The translations under genes and the position numbers were made by a program. Below the pieces are notes generated by a model, which was not told the origin of the DNA, ran no database searches, and saw only the letters and a program-made list of their open reading frames with translations. This document shows positions 54,146 to 63,661 of a DNA stretch of 64,000 nt, piece after piece. Source of the DNA: Desulfatiglandales bacterium (GTDB lineage: Bacteria > Desulfobacterota > DSM-4660 > Desulfatiglandales > Desulfatiglandaceae); NCBI GenBank assembly GCA_963662465.1, contig OY759599.1, positions 224,001 to 288,000 of the forward strand, in the 5' to 3' direction. Each line of letters opens with the position of its first letter. The stretch's first letter is position 1.

Positions 54146-56045
54146 GATGCACTCGTAAAAAGTCAGGAAGCATTTAGGCCAAAATTATGATCATATACTC
54201 ATAATTATGAAGAAATATACCTGAACTTTTTTCAGCCGAGTTCGAAATAAGAAAAAATGCTCTTTGAAAACAAGAATAGCGTGAATTTGAGCAGAAGACC
54301 CTCCTCCCTGAGGTGTTTTAGCACTGTTCATAACCGTTTTGAGCGGCAGTTGCCCTGAAGAGGTTGATTGCTGTGGCTTTTAAGGTGGCACAAAACCGTA
54401 CTGCTTTAAGGCCCCTCACTCTAAGATGCTTAACTCCGGTTTTTCTGTCAAATTCAGACATGGCCGCTTCGACACCTGCACGCCACCGATAACGATCTTT
54501 GAATTCATCTGTTTGTTCATAAGATCTTCGTTTTGCCAATCGCATCTCTTTGGCCTTATAACGAAGGTAGTGGTTCTTTTTCCCTGTCTTTACCGGGCAC
54601 GTTTCCTGAAAAGGACACGCCATGCAGTGTTGAGAATCAAATATGGCGGTGTGCCTGGTTCCAGCTTTGTTTGTTTTGGTTTGGACCGGCGCATGACCTT
54701 CAGGACAGGCAAGAACAACGCCGTTTTCAGATGATTCAAAATCCGAAAGGTTCAGGTGATCTTCTTTCTTTATGGAACCCATAGTGGGGGCTAAAACCTG
54801 TACTCCCAGTGCCTCAGCTTTTTGACAATTCTCATCGCTGCCATAAAGGCTGTCCGCCAGGATTTCTTCGGGAGAGACATTGCGTTGTTTAGCAGATTCG
54901 ATAGCTGGTATCAGAGCATTTGCATCGCTTTCGTGAGAAGGCTCCACTTCGATGTGGGTAATCAAATTCAAACTGGTATCACTTTCACTATCTTTACTGT
55001 AGGTCTCCATGACCTGAACTTGATACCCTTGGCCTTTGTGACCACTATAGGTTGCATCGGGATCTGAAGGGTTTTGAAGAGAATTTGAGGGGATTTCCTT
55101 GGGTTTTTTCACTTCAACTTGTTTGCCGTCATCGGACACATTGCATTGTTCGTTCAAAACACGCTCAAGCAATTTGAAGCTATGCATGCTTTTGATTGCC
55201 GGGTGAAATTTGAATTGTCCAACCAAATCAAATAGATCTGAGCTTACAGAAGCAAGTGTTTTGGATGATTCTGAAGGTTTTACCATGGAAAAACATTGCA
55301 GAGATTTTTCAGAAAGATATTTGTCCCGGATGCTTGCATCTATTGCATCAAACAGCTCTTTGTGATTCCGCTTTAAATTGACCAGGAACTTATGGACAGT
55401 GGCGACAAAAATGCCAATTCTACCCAAACGCCGCATATTCGATTTGATATGAACAGAGTCAATCCTCTGGTTTTCGATATTGGAATTGAAAAGCAGTGCC
55501 GGTTTATTTGTAAAACGATCAAACACCATTGTATCCAGAGACTTTTCAGTAACGATCTGACGCATATTCCAGAAGGTTTTTGCACACATATACTTAGAGG
55601 CATCTGATTCATCAGTAATATTAAGAGCATAGTGCCACTGAATATTAAAAGCCAGCTGGTTTACGGTTTCATCGTCGGTGACGTCATGCGCTTGCTGGAG
55701 GAGTAGAACTCCAAGTACAGTGTAGAGTTCTTTTGTGGGGCGGCCAAAATCTTCTTTAAAAGAAGACGCTATTTCGTCAACGGGCAGTTCGCGGAGGAGT
55801 TCTTTTTGAAATAGCCCGGCCCACGATTGATCCAGCAAATCTCGACGTCTCGGGCTCAAAAAATGCCATGGGTCGAAAAGAACACCCTGATTTTGGTCTT
55901 TGATTCGAATCATACCGTGCACCTGAAGTTTGGTTGATGATATGACTCCTTACGTATCAAAATGTAAGGCAAAATGGAAGCGAAAAAGAGCTATATGCTA
56001 AAATATTTCAACAACTTAAATGAATTTGCTTTTTACGAGACCATC
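54146..56045 (-). mobile_element. Insertion sequence (IS1182/IS5-like)
   Basis: Inverted ends GATGCACTCGTAAAAAG (54146) and CTTTTTACGAGACCATC (ending 56045) enclose one transposase. Confidence 0.85.
54318..55913 (-). CDS. DDE transposase, apparently intact
   Basis: GRPT, QRIDSVH, SLQNPSDPDATY, LADSLYG, CxxC cluster, YRWRAGVEA. Confidence 0.9.
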   Translation of the reverse strand: MIRIKDQNQGVLFDPWHFLSPRRRDLLDQSWAGLFQKELLRELPVDEIASSFKEDFGRPTKELYTVLGVLLLQQAHDVTDDETVNQLAFNIQWHYALNITDESDASKYMCAKTFWNMRQIVTEKSLDTMVFDRFTNKPALLFNSNIENQRIDSVHIKSNMRRLGRIGIFVATVHKFLVNLKRNHKELFDAIDASIRDKYLSEKSLQCFSMVKPSESSKTLASVSSDLFDLVGQFKFHPAIKSMHSFKLLERVLNEQCNVSDDGKQVEVKKPKEIPSNSLQNPSDPDATYSGHKGQGYQVQVMETYSKDSESDTSLNLITHIEVEPSHESDANALIPAIESAKQRNVSPEEILADSLYGSDENCQKAEALGVQVLAPTMGSIKKEDHLNLSDFESSENGVVLACPEGHAPVQTKTNKAGTRHTAIFDSQHCMACPFQETCPVKTGKKNHYLRYKAKEMRLAKRRSYEQTDEFKDRYRWRAGVEAAMSEFDRKTGVKHLRVRGLKAVRFCATLKATAINLFRATAAQNGYEQC

Positions 56046-56722
56046 AATAATTGATCCATGATAACCTCCATTCCTCCTCATTTGCGTTTTTCCGTGGCTG
56101 CCATTGATTCGAAAAGCGATCCTTGTAATGGGCCTCCTAAAACGCGGATGTCTTTTAACCTCTTATACAAAAGTCAAGACACTTTCGTCACAAAAAAAAT
56201 GATACTTTGGGTTTGCAATAAAAAACCAAAGTATAAGAACCCTCAGAACATTCTGAGAGCTCATCTCTCAGAATGTTGGGATCTATTTGATAATAATAAA
56301 CTTTTCAGCTGCGATGAAAATTGCAAATATCTTTGGCTAGACTTACATCCTTGCGGAAAGAGTATTTCCTCGGATTTGAAAATACTCAGACTCCCCCCTG
56401 CTGCCTCACTTTCTATGCCAAAATCCAAGATATCGTAAGCTCAAAAAACCTGTGATATCAAAAAATCAGATGGCTTGAACGAACGTTGTTATCATGCTAT
56501 CTCTCAGGGCCGGTCGTTCTGGGTATATATTGAGTTATGTTGCGGCCTGCCATAACCCCCTGAAAAACCCTTAATTTTCGCCCTCGCCACGAGATATCGA
56601 GATTAAGCAATAAAAGCAATAGTTTATTTCATATTTTGAGCAACCCGTCTCTCCAAGAGACAACATAATATTTTTACCTTATTCGCAGCTCTCCGTAAAG
56701 GGCTATTGTTTGCATGCCCCCG

Positions 56723-57742
56723 CTATAGACTGTCCAACCAGGCCATCAAATCCCCCTCATTTTCATAATGGAGTAATTCATCTATCTTGGAATCGTCCGT
56801 CAGGGCCGATTGCATGTGCCTCATGAACTGCCTTTGAATGTGGCGCCGTCGATCCAGGTCCAAATGCAGATAGATCGAAGTGGACTGGATGTTGTCATGC
56901 CCCAGATGATTCTTGATATCCGTGATGGGGTCACCGTTGTGGAGCATATCAACTGCTCGCGAGTGCCGGAATGAATGAACGGGATTGATATGTTTCAGAC
57001 GTTTTGGAGGGAGGGCCTTTTGGAGATATTTCCTGCAAATCCGGTAGATTCCATGGCGAGTGAATGACTCTCCCTTTTGATTGATAAAGAGCCGGTTTTC
57101 AAACATGGGCTTTGGGGATATCCGGTATTGTCGAATGTACAACTGAAGCAGGTCACAGGTTTTTGACTCAAGCTTTATGAGTCGAAACCGATTGCCCTTT
57201 CCCAGAATACTGAGGGTTTTCCGGTTGGGGTTAAAATAGTCGATATTCAACTCTGCAATTTCACTGGCCCTGGCTCCGGAATCGTAGAGCAGATGGAGCA
57301 CGGTGTAATCCCTGAACCCCTCTTTTCGTTTAAAATCAACCGCCTGAAACACCCGAAGTATTTCATCCTGGTAAAGAAATCCGATAAGACTCTTCTGCTC
57401 CCGTTTCTGGGGAATATTGAGGATAGCGGTTGCGGCATCCTGTTGATCCGGATGCATAAAGCGAATCATTTTGGCAAAGGATTTGAGTGCCGCAAGACGA
57501 TGATTCCGGGTTTTGGCCCCATTTTTCCTGTCACTTTGAAGATTTTCAAGGAACGAGACGAGAAGTTCCGTTTTAATATGTTCCACACGAAGCGATTTGA
57601 CCTTGATGTTGTAAAACGATGCCGCAAAGGGAAGAAAAATCCTGAAAGCATCCCGATAGGCCTTTATGGTCTGGTAACTGAGCCCCCTGATGGAAGTCAG
57701 GTATTGATCAAAGAACTGATGCACCAGGGGTGAAAGTTTCAT
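56723..57742 (-). CDS. Tyrosine recombinase, third gene of the outer RIT-like trio
   Basis: YDSGARASE, GKG, HSFRH, LGHDNIQSTSIY; ATGA overlap with the upstream gene stop. Confidence 0.93.
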   Translation of the reverse strand: MKLSPLVHQFFDQYLTSIRGLSYQTIKAYRDAFRIFLPFAASFYNIKVKSLRVEHIKTELLVSFLENLQSDRKNGAKTRNHRLAALKSFAKMIRFMHPDQQDAATAILNIPQKREQKSLIGFLYQDEILRVFQAVDFKRKEGFRDYTVLHLLYDSGARASEIAELNIDYFNPNRKTLSILGKGNRFRLIKLESKTCDLLQLYIRQYRISPKPMFENRLFINQKGESFTRHGIYRICRKYLQKALPPKRLKHINPVHSFRHSRAVDMLHNGDPITDIKNHLGHDNIQSTSIYLHLDLDRRRHIQRQFMRHMQSALTDDSKIDELLHYENEGDLMAWLDSL

Positions 57743-57931
57743 TTGTTTACTCTCTGCCAAAGACAAAAATCAACGAGATCTTTGCGATTCATGGCATCTG
57801 AAACCCGGAGATAAACACTGGTGCAAATGTAATCCGTGTGACCCAGATAGGCCGCCAGTATGGGTAAAGCGTTTTGGGCGGATTCACCTGATTTCCGGAT
57901 TCTGTTGAGGGTGTTCACGGCAAAAGAATGG
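57739..57931 (-). pseudogene. 3' part of the interrupted middle recombinase of the outer trio
   Basis: RHSFAVNTL..LPILAAYLGH..TSVYL continues exactly from ..TPHSLR at 61421. Confidence 0.93.
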
Positions 57932-57963
57932 CGCAGCAAATCCAAACGTTTGGATTTGCTGCG
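57932..57963. repeat. Perfect 32-bp palindrome at the left junction of the inner RIT
   Basis: CGCAGCAAATCCAAAC|GTTTGGATTTGCTGCG. Confidence 0.97.
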
Positions 57964-58097
57964 TTATCCAAACCTAAATAAAATCCAAACCTTTTCTTAA
58001 ATAACCTGATATTTAAGTATTTTTATCGGAAAAGGTTTGGATTTTATTGCATAACGTATGACCTTTTTATCAAACAAATGAACAGGAGGTCATACGA

Positions 58098-59336
58098 ATG
58101 AATGTACAAAATCTGCGGGATAATTATCCCAAACTCATTTCCTACATGGAAACCAACGGTTACTCAAAAACTTACGTTGACAGTTTTAAAAGGGAGATTA
58201 AAAAAACTCTGGCGTCTGAGGATTCAGAGGAATGGTCATGTTATAAAGATGTATATTTGGGATACACCAAAAAATCATATTCTCCTAACACTCTTCGCGA
58301 TAAACGGACTGTCATTGGAGCCATTGAGCAGTTTGATGTTCATGACAGATACCCGAATGGAAGGTGCAGGCATCAACTCTTCGAAAGGGGTTCTTATCCC
58401 TTGTTGTCACCGGAATTCAAATCCGTCATCGATCTTTACCATGAAGTTGAAAAGAAACGTGGCAAGAAAAAATCTGCTACCGTTTATACCGAATCCCATA
58501 ATGCATCCACATTTTTCTTATCCCTTCAGCAAAAAGGAATTAACGGCCTGGGAAAGACTACAGAAGAAGCCGTGCTTTCAATATTTATGTCCCCGGATGA
58601 AACCCTGCTCAAGAGCTGTTCTTACAAAAAAAACATTGCTGCGGTATTGAAGGCGTGTATCCCTTATCATCCAGAAACATGTCCTCAAATTTTAGCCTTC
58701 CTTCCCGCTTTAAGGGAAACTCGAAAAAATATTCAGTACCTTACATCGAAGGAAATCCAGAAAGTTAAGGGCGTACTGGCTGATGGTGAAAATCTTCTTA
58801 CGCTCCGTGACAAAGCAATTGGAATGCTTGCACTTTACACAGGCGTGCGTGGCTGTGATATTGCAGGATTGAAACTTGACGATATTGACTGGAACAGGGA
58901 TTTTATTGATATCAAACAGCAGAAAACAGCAATCCCTCTTGAACTTCCTTTAACAGCAGTTGTCGGAAATGCCATTTATGACTATCTGACGTCAGAGCGC
59001 CCACGCACAGAAAGCAGATATATTTTTGTTTCCCAGCTTAAACCATATGAACAACTGAAAAACAAAAGCATTGGCAACGTGGCAGCTCTGATCATGAAAG
59101 CAGCAGGTATCCGGCAGTTAAAAGGCGATCGGAAAGGATTTCATATCTTCCGCCATCACTTTGCCACAGAACTTTTGGGGAACGGAGTTCCTCAGCCTGT
59201 TATCAGCAGGACACTTGGTCACACTTCACCAGATTCTCTTGAATCATACCTAAGAGCAGATTTCCCGCATTTGAAGGAATGTGCCATCAGCATAGAAGGT
59301 GTTCCTGTACCAAAGGAGGTGTTTTACCATGAATAA
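58098..59336 (+). CDS. Tyrosine recombinase A of the inner RIT
   Basis: YTGVRGCD, QQKT, HIFRH, LGH..SLESY; SD AGGAGG. Confidence 0.93.
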   Translation: MNVQNLRDNYPKLISYMETNGYSKTYVDSFKREIKKTLASEDSEEWSCYKDVYLGYTKKSYSPNTLRDKRTVIGAIEQFDVHDRYPNGRCRHQLFERGSYPLLSPEFKSVIDLYHEVEKKRGKKKSATVYTESHNASTFFLSLQQKGINGLGKTTEEAVLSIFMSPDETLLKSCSYKKNIAAVLKACIPYHPETCPQILAFLPALRETRKNIQYLTSKEIQKVKGVLADGENLLTLRDKAIGMLALYTGVRGCDIAGLKLDDIDWNRDFIDIKQQKTAIPLELPLTAVVGNAIYDYLTSERPRTESRYIFVSQLKPYEQLKNKSIGNVAALIMKAAGIRQLKGDRKGFHIFRHHFATELLGNGVPQPVISRTLGHTSPDSLESYLRADFPHLKECAISIEGVPVPKEVFYHE

Positions 59337-60303
59337 ATTCACTTCTTTTCTTGCGCCGCTCATGCAGGCATATGTTTTCTATCAAAAAGCATCCGGACGT
59401 TGGAGTGAAGCTTCTTCTTATGGACCAAACCTCATCCTGTTTGACCGATACTGCAAGAAGCAACATCCGGAAGCTGCACTTCTATCTCAGGAAATGGTGA
59501 ATGGATGGTGCCATCAGCGCGACACAGAATCCAACAATTCGTGCAGATCAAGAATCAATGTTGTTGTAAGTTTTATACGATACTTGAGAAAGCGCGGAAA
59601 AACAGATGTCATGGAGCCTGAAATTCCAAGGAAAGAGCGATGCACATATATTCCCCATTCTTTTACAGGTGTTGAGCTGGAAAATTTTTTCCATGCTTGT
59701 GATAGCCTGCCTTCAGTATCCCACACTCCCGAACAGCGATCACGGAAAATAACTATTCCTGTGTTCTTCCGTTTTCTTTACAGTAGTGGAATACGAACTT
59801 ATGAGGCAAGAATGCTGAGGGTTAAGGACGTCGACTTGTGCAATGGGATTATGAATATCCGTTATTCCAAGGGGAGTGCTCAGCACTACGTAGTGCTACA
59901 TGACTCCATGAATAAACTTTTAAAAATATATGACGAAGCTATACGGAAGCAGTACCCTCACAGAACTTATTTTTTCCCTGCAAAAGGTAACACTTTCCAT
60001 AAAAGGAAATGGGTACAGACAAATTTTCGGGAATTGTGGGATAAATATAATAGCTCTCATGCTACTGCATATGAGCTCAGGCACCATTATGCCATAAAAA
60101 ACATCAACCGCTGGACAGATGAAGGCTTTGGGTTTGATGCGAAACTGCTCTATCTCAGCAAAAGCATGGGACACAGCACACTGGAAAGCACAAAATATTA
60201 TTATTCCCTTGTTCCCGGAATGGCTGACATCTTGGAAGAAAAAACAGGAATGGATTTCGAAAGCATTGTGCCGGAGGTGGATTATGAAGAAAGCGACGAA
60301 TGA
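59329..60303 (+). CDS. Tyrosine recombinase B of the inner RIT
   Basis: YSSGIRTYE, SKG, YELRH, MGHSTLESTKYY; SD AGGAGG, overlaps gene A. Confidence 0.93.
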   Translation: MNKFTSFLAPLMQAYVFYQKASGRWSEASSYGPNLILFDRYCKKQHPEAALLSQEMVNGWCHQRDTESNNSCRSRINVVVSFIRYLRKRGKTDVMEPEIPRKERCTYIPHSFTGVELENFFHACDSLPSVSHTPEQRSRKITIPVFFRFLYSSGIRTYEARMLRVKDVDLCNGIMNIRYSKGSAQHYVVLHDSMNKLLKIYDEAIRKQYPHRTYFFPAKGNTFHKRKWVQTNFRELWDKYNSSHATAYELRHHYAIKNINRWTDEGFGFDAKLLYLSKSMGHSTLESTKYYYSLVPGMADILEEKTGMDFESIVPEVDYEESDE

Positions 60304-61333
60304 GTCTGTTGTAATCGCACGCCATATCAATGCTTTTTTGAATGAATATGTTCCTTCCCAGAAAAGTCACAGCAGCCACACATTGAAATCCTATCAGTAT
60401 GCTCTGGCTTTATATATCGGTTTTTTGGAGGCCAAAAAAGGAATAAGTACAGAAAGCTTGTGTGGTGGATGTTTCAGAAGAATAATAATCGAGGAATGGC
60501 TGCAATGGCTGATAGAAGTGCGTTGTTGCAGGCCGGAAACCTGTAACAACCGGTTAGCATCCTTAAGAGCATTCCTAAAATACATGGCCAGTAGGGAAGT
60601 CCGCCTGCTGTACCTTTCCGAGGAGGCAACAAGAATTCCACGGAAAAAGGAAATACGCAAAAGAGTAAAAGGGATGAGCAAAAAAGCAGTACGGGTATTG
60701 TTATCGGTTCCGGATTTATCCAGAAAAACAGGGCGAAGGGATCTATCACTTATGATTGTCATATACAGCACTGCCGCCAGAATAGATGAAATACTGTCTT
60801 TAAAAACAGAACAACTTCATTTGGACGTGGAAAAGCCGAATATCACCATCATTGGAAAGGGAAGCAAAATAAGAACCCTGTATCTTCTACCTAAGGCTGT
60901 TGCACATTTAAAAAAATATCTGGGAGAATTTCATGGTGATACTCCAGATCCAGAAGCTTATGTTTTTTATTCAAGGAACACCGGATCACATGGGAAAATG
61001 AGTCAGACTGCAGTAAACAAGCAACTGAAAAAACATGCCAGAGCCGCCCATGAAATATGTGATGAGGTACCACGAGATCTTCATGCGCATCAACTGAGAC
61101 ATGCAAAGGCCTCCCACTGGCTGGAAGATGGCATGAATATCGTACAAATTTCATTTCTTTTAGGGCATGAGCAGTTACAGACAACGATGATATATATGGA
61201 CATTACCCTAGAGCAGGAATTGAAAGCCCTTGCAACACTTGAAGATGAAAACGACAAGAAGGTATCAAAGAAATGGAAAAATCAAAAAGATGGTCTGGCG
61301 GATTTCTGTGGCGTTAAGTCAATGAAGAAGTAA
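60284..61333 (+). CDS. Tyrosine recombinase C of the inner RIT
   Basis: YSTAARIDE, GKG, HQLRH, LGHEQLQTTMIY; SD GGAGG, overlaps gene B. Confidence 0.93.
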   Translation: MKKATNESVVIARHINAFLNEYVPSQKSHSSHTLKSYQYALALYIGFLEAKKGISTESLCGGCFRRIIIEEWLQWLIEVRCCRPETCNNRLASLRAFLKYMASREVRLLYLSEEATRIPRKKEIRKRVKGMSKKAVRVLLSVPDLSRKTGRRDLSLMIVIYSTAARIDEILSLKTEQLHLDVEKPNITIIGKGSKIRTLYLLPKAVAHLKKYLGEFHGDTPDPEAYVFYSRNTGSHGKMSQTAVNKQLKKHARAAHEICDEVPRDLHAHQLRHAKASHWLEDGMNIVQISFLLGHEQLQTTMIYMDITLEQELKALATLEDENDKKVSKKWKNQKDGLADFCGVKSMKK

Positions 61334-61420
61334 AAAATAAAATCCAAACTTTTTTGTATCGAATTCCTTAAATATCAGACATCTTTAAAAAAGGTTTGGA
61401 TTTTATTTAGGTTTGGATAA

Positions 61421-62205
61421 CGCAGCGAATGAGGTGTGGGTCCGTTGAAGTTCACATTGCCCAAAACTTTTCTGGGTTGCTTTAAGCCAGTGTCACTTAC
61501 CGCCTTATGAAACGCGGCCCTGACAGTAGTGTCACTCAAACTCCGCTCTTTTCTGCCGGCAAACAGAAAGGGATTCTTATCGTTTGGGCGAAGACTTTGG
61601 CGGACAGAGAGATAGTTTTCGATCTCTGCCACAACTTTTTTGGGAATCGGAATGATTCTGTCTTTGCCGAACTTGGTCCTTTCAATATAGAGGGTGGCAT
61701 CATCCCGGCGGTAGTTGCACCGCAAAAGTTTGATGGGTTCAGAGATCCTTGTTCCGCACCGGGCCATGACCAGCACCACCATATAAATAGCCAGGTCAGT
61801 CAAAAAACATCCGTTGGTCGTTCGAATGTTTTTGGAGACCGACTTCAACAGCAGGTCGATTTGATCGGGAGAGAAAACAAAGGGTACAACGACGTTTTTT
61901 TTAAGCCTCGGAACATCCTGTAAGGGATTATGGTCCACATAACCACGACCGGCAAGAAAATGGAAGAAGCCCCGAATCGAGGAAAAAATAGCGTTGATAC
62001 TCCGCGTTTCCTGGGTGAGTGCTGCTCTCATTTCAAGGAAAAAATCAGGCGTAAAAGAATGCCGGTCAGCTTCTGTTTTCCGAAGATAATCATCAAAAGT
62101 CAGAAGATGTGAGAGAACAGACCCCTTTTTATAGCCGAGACTTTTACGACGATACCGAAGGTAATCCTCCATCTCAGAGGCAAGAAAGCTTTTAAAGGGT
62201 CTCAT
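61421..62205 (-). pseudogene. 5' part of the interrupted middle recombinase of the outer trio
   Basis: FKSFLA..Y, CGTRISE, TKFGKDR, ends at TPHSLR; rejoined gene would be 325 aa. Confidence 0.93.
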
Positions 62206-63139
62206 TGAGCAAAACCTTTCTCATCAGTTCGATGTGGATGTGGAGATACCGCTGAGTGCACCGAATGTTCCGATGCCCCAGCATTTCCTTGATTTCATAA
62301 ATGGAACGACCCACAATCAGTAAACCCTGTGCATAGCTGTGTCTGAGCCAATAGGCACTCGAAGACAGTCCGGCTTCTCTCATGGCGTTTGAGATATGAA
62401 AACCAACCAAATTGGGCCTCATTGGCCTATAGGGCTTGTCGCAGGTCAAAAATAGTTCTCTGCAATCGCTTTCAGACCGGGCCTTGTGGACATAAGCCGC
62501 AATGGCTTTGAGGGTCTTATGGGGAATGGGCAGCACAACGGGATTGCCATTTTTCCTGCTGTTTATGGTGATCTCTCCTTCTTGAAACGATATGTCATCC
62601 AGGGTGATGCGGCTGATCTCATCGGGTCTCAAGCCCAACGAGTAGGCCAGAACCGTCATGGCATAGGTTCGAATCTGTGTTGGCGTCTCCAGGCTGAGGC
62701 TTTCGAAGAGTGTCTTGATTTCATTCGGCCGGAGAAATTTTGGCGGTCTTAACTGGTTGAACACCCGGGGACTCACCACCCCATAAGACAGGTCTTTTCT
62801 GGTAATCTTTTCGTCAAACAGATAGCTTAAAAATCTTCTCAGCTTACCTCGATAGATATTTCGGGTCTGGGTGGAAAAGGATTTGAGAAAATCGGCCTGA
62901 AAAGCATCAATATGTTCGAGCTTCAAACCGGAAAGTGTAATTTGGTGCTGTTCAAGATAGAGGTGAAATGAAGCCAGGACCCGTCTTGTGGCTTTGGCAT
63001 TCTTACTGGAAATGACCTGACGTTCACGGATACAAAAGAGATGCTTCTCGTAAATATCGGGGAGGCGAATCTGGTGGTTTTGAACCGGGTGGGGCGCCAT
63101 CCGGTCTTTTCCATACCGTCTGATATCATCTGTTCCCAT
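62192..63139 (-). CDS. Tyrosine recombinase, first gene of the outer trio
   Basis: LGLRPDE, RKNG, YWLRHS, LGHRNIRCTQRY; overlaps the next gene. Confidence 0.9.
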   Translation of the reverse strand: MGTDDIRRYGKDRMAPHPVQNHQIRLPDIYEKHLFCIRERQVISSKNAKATRRVLASFHLYLEQHQITLSGLKLEHIDAFQADFLKSFSTQTRNIYRGKLRRFLSYLFDEKITRKDLSYGVVSPRVFNQLRPPKFLRPNEIKTLFESLSLETPTQIRTYAMTVLAYSLGLRPDEISRITLDDISFQEGEITINSRKNGNPVVLPIPHKTLKAIAAYVHKARSESDCRELFLTCDKPYRPMRPNLVGFHISNAMREAGLSSSAYWLRHSYAQGLLIVGRSIYEIKEMLGHRNIRCTQRYLHIHIELMRKVLLNETL

Positions 63140-63140
63140 T

Positions 63141-63527
63141 TCAGATCTCCCTAATAGATTGCTGGATAAGGTTCTCTATTTTCAACCTTCCATGGTTTTG
63201 CCGGTGCTTTTTGGGGGCCGATTCTTTGGGTAAATCGAGTACCTGGAAAAGGCTTCCGTCAAATGCAATCAAATCCGTTTTTATCAGAGAGTCCCGGGCT
63301 TCAATGTATTCATCCACGGTGATTTTCAGAAACTTACAGATCCTGTCATAGGAGTAATAGGAAAGGCCGTTTCGATCGGAAGCCAAAACAAGAAAGAAGT
63401 ATAAAAGGATTTCCTGAGGCCTTAAAGCGTCCAGAAAACCATCCCGAAGGAACTTGTGAGGAATAAAACTGAAGCCGCCATTAATGCGTCTGACCCGATC
63501 CGGGTCCAGTATCTTTTTCTTGATCAT
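63141..63527 (-). CDS. Mobile-element-associated small helix-turn-helix-like protein
   Basis: GGFSFIPHKFL, LLYFFLVL, DRNGLSYYS, ARDSLIKTDLIAF; SD AAAGGAG; stop is 1 bp before the recombinase start. Confidence 0.7.
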   Translation of the reverse strand: MIKKKILDPDRVRRINGGFSFIPHKFLRDGFLDALRPQEILLYFFLVLASDRNGLSYYSYDRICKFLKITVDEYIEARDSLIKTDLIAFDGSLFQVLDLPKESAPKKHRQNHGRLKIENLIQQSIREI

Positions 63528-63661
63528 GATTGACTCCTTTCCGGGTCTGATTTGGGGAAATCAAGATGCATGAGTTCATCAAGCTGGCTGAACAACCATC
63601 GACAAACCGCTTTTTGGTATCTTTCATGCTGATTCCTCCCCGTGGAGCCAATCTACGACCT

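Larger units (their letters stand above)
57932..61426 (+). mobile_element. Complete RIT (recombinase-in-trio) element inserted into another recombinase gene
   Basis: Three overlapping tyrosine recombinases; perfect 32-bp inverted repeats TTATCCAAACCTAAATAAAATCCAAACCTTTT (57964-57995, 61389-61420); direct CGCAGC at 57932 and 61421. Confidence 0.95.

Noticed and set aside
56058..56438. 126-aa ORF after the IS
   Set aside because: No SD or motif, and it overlaps AT-rich hairpin and repeat sequence.
58102..58650. 182-aa alternative-frame ORF inside recombinase A
   Set aside because: No SD or motifs; treated as a shadow ORF.
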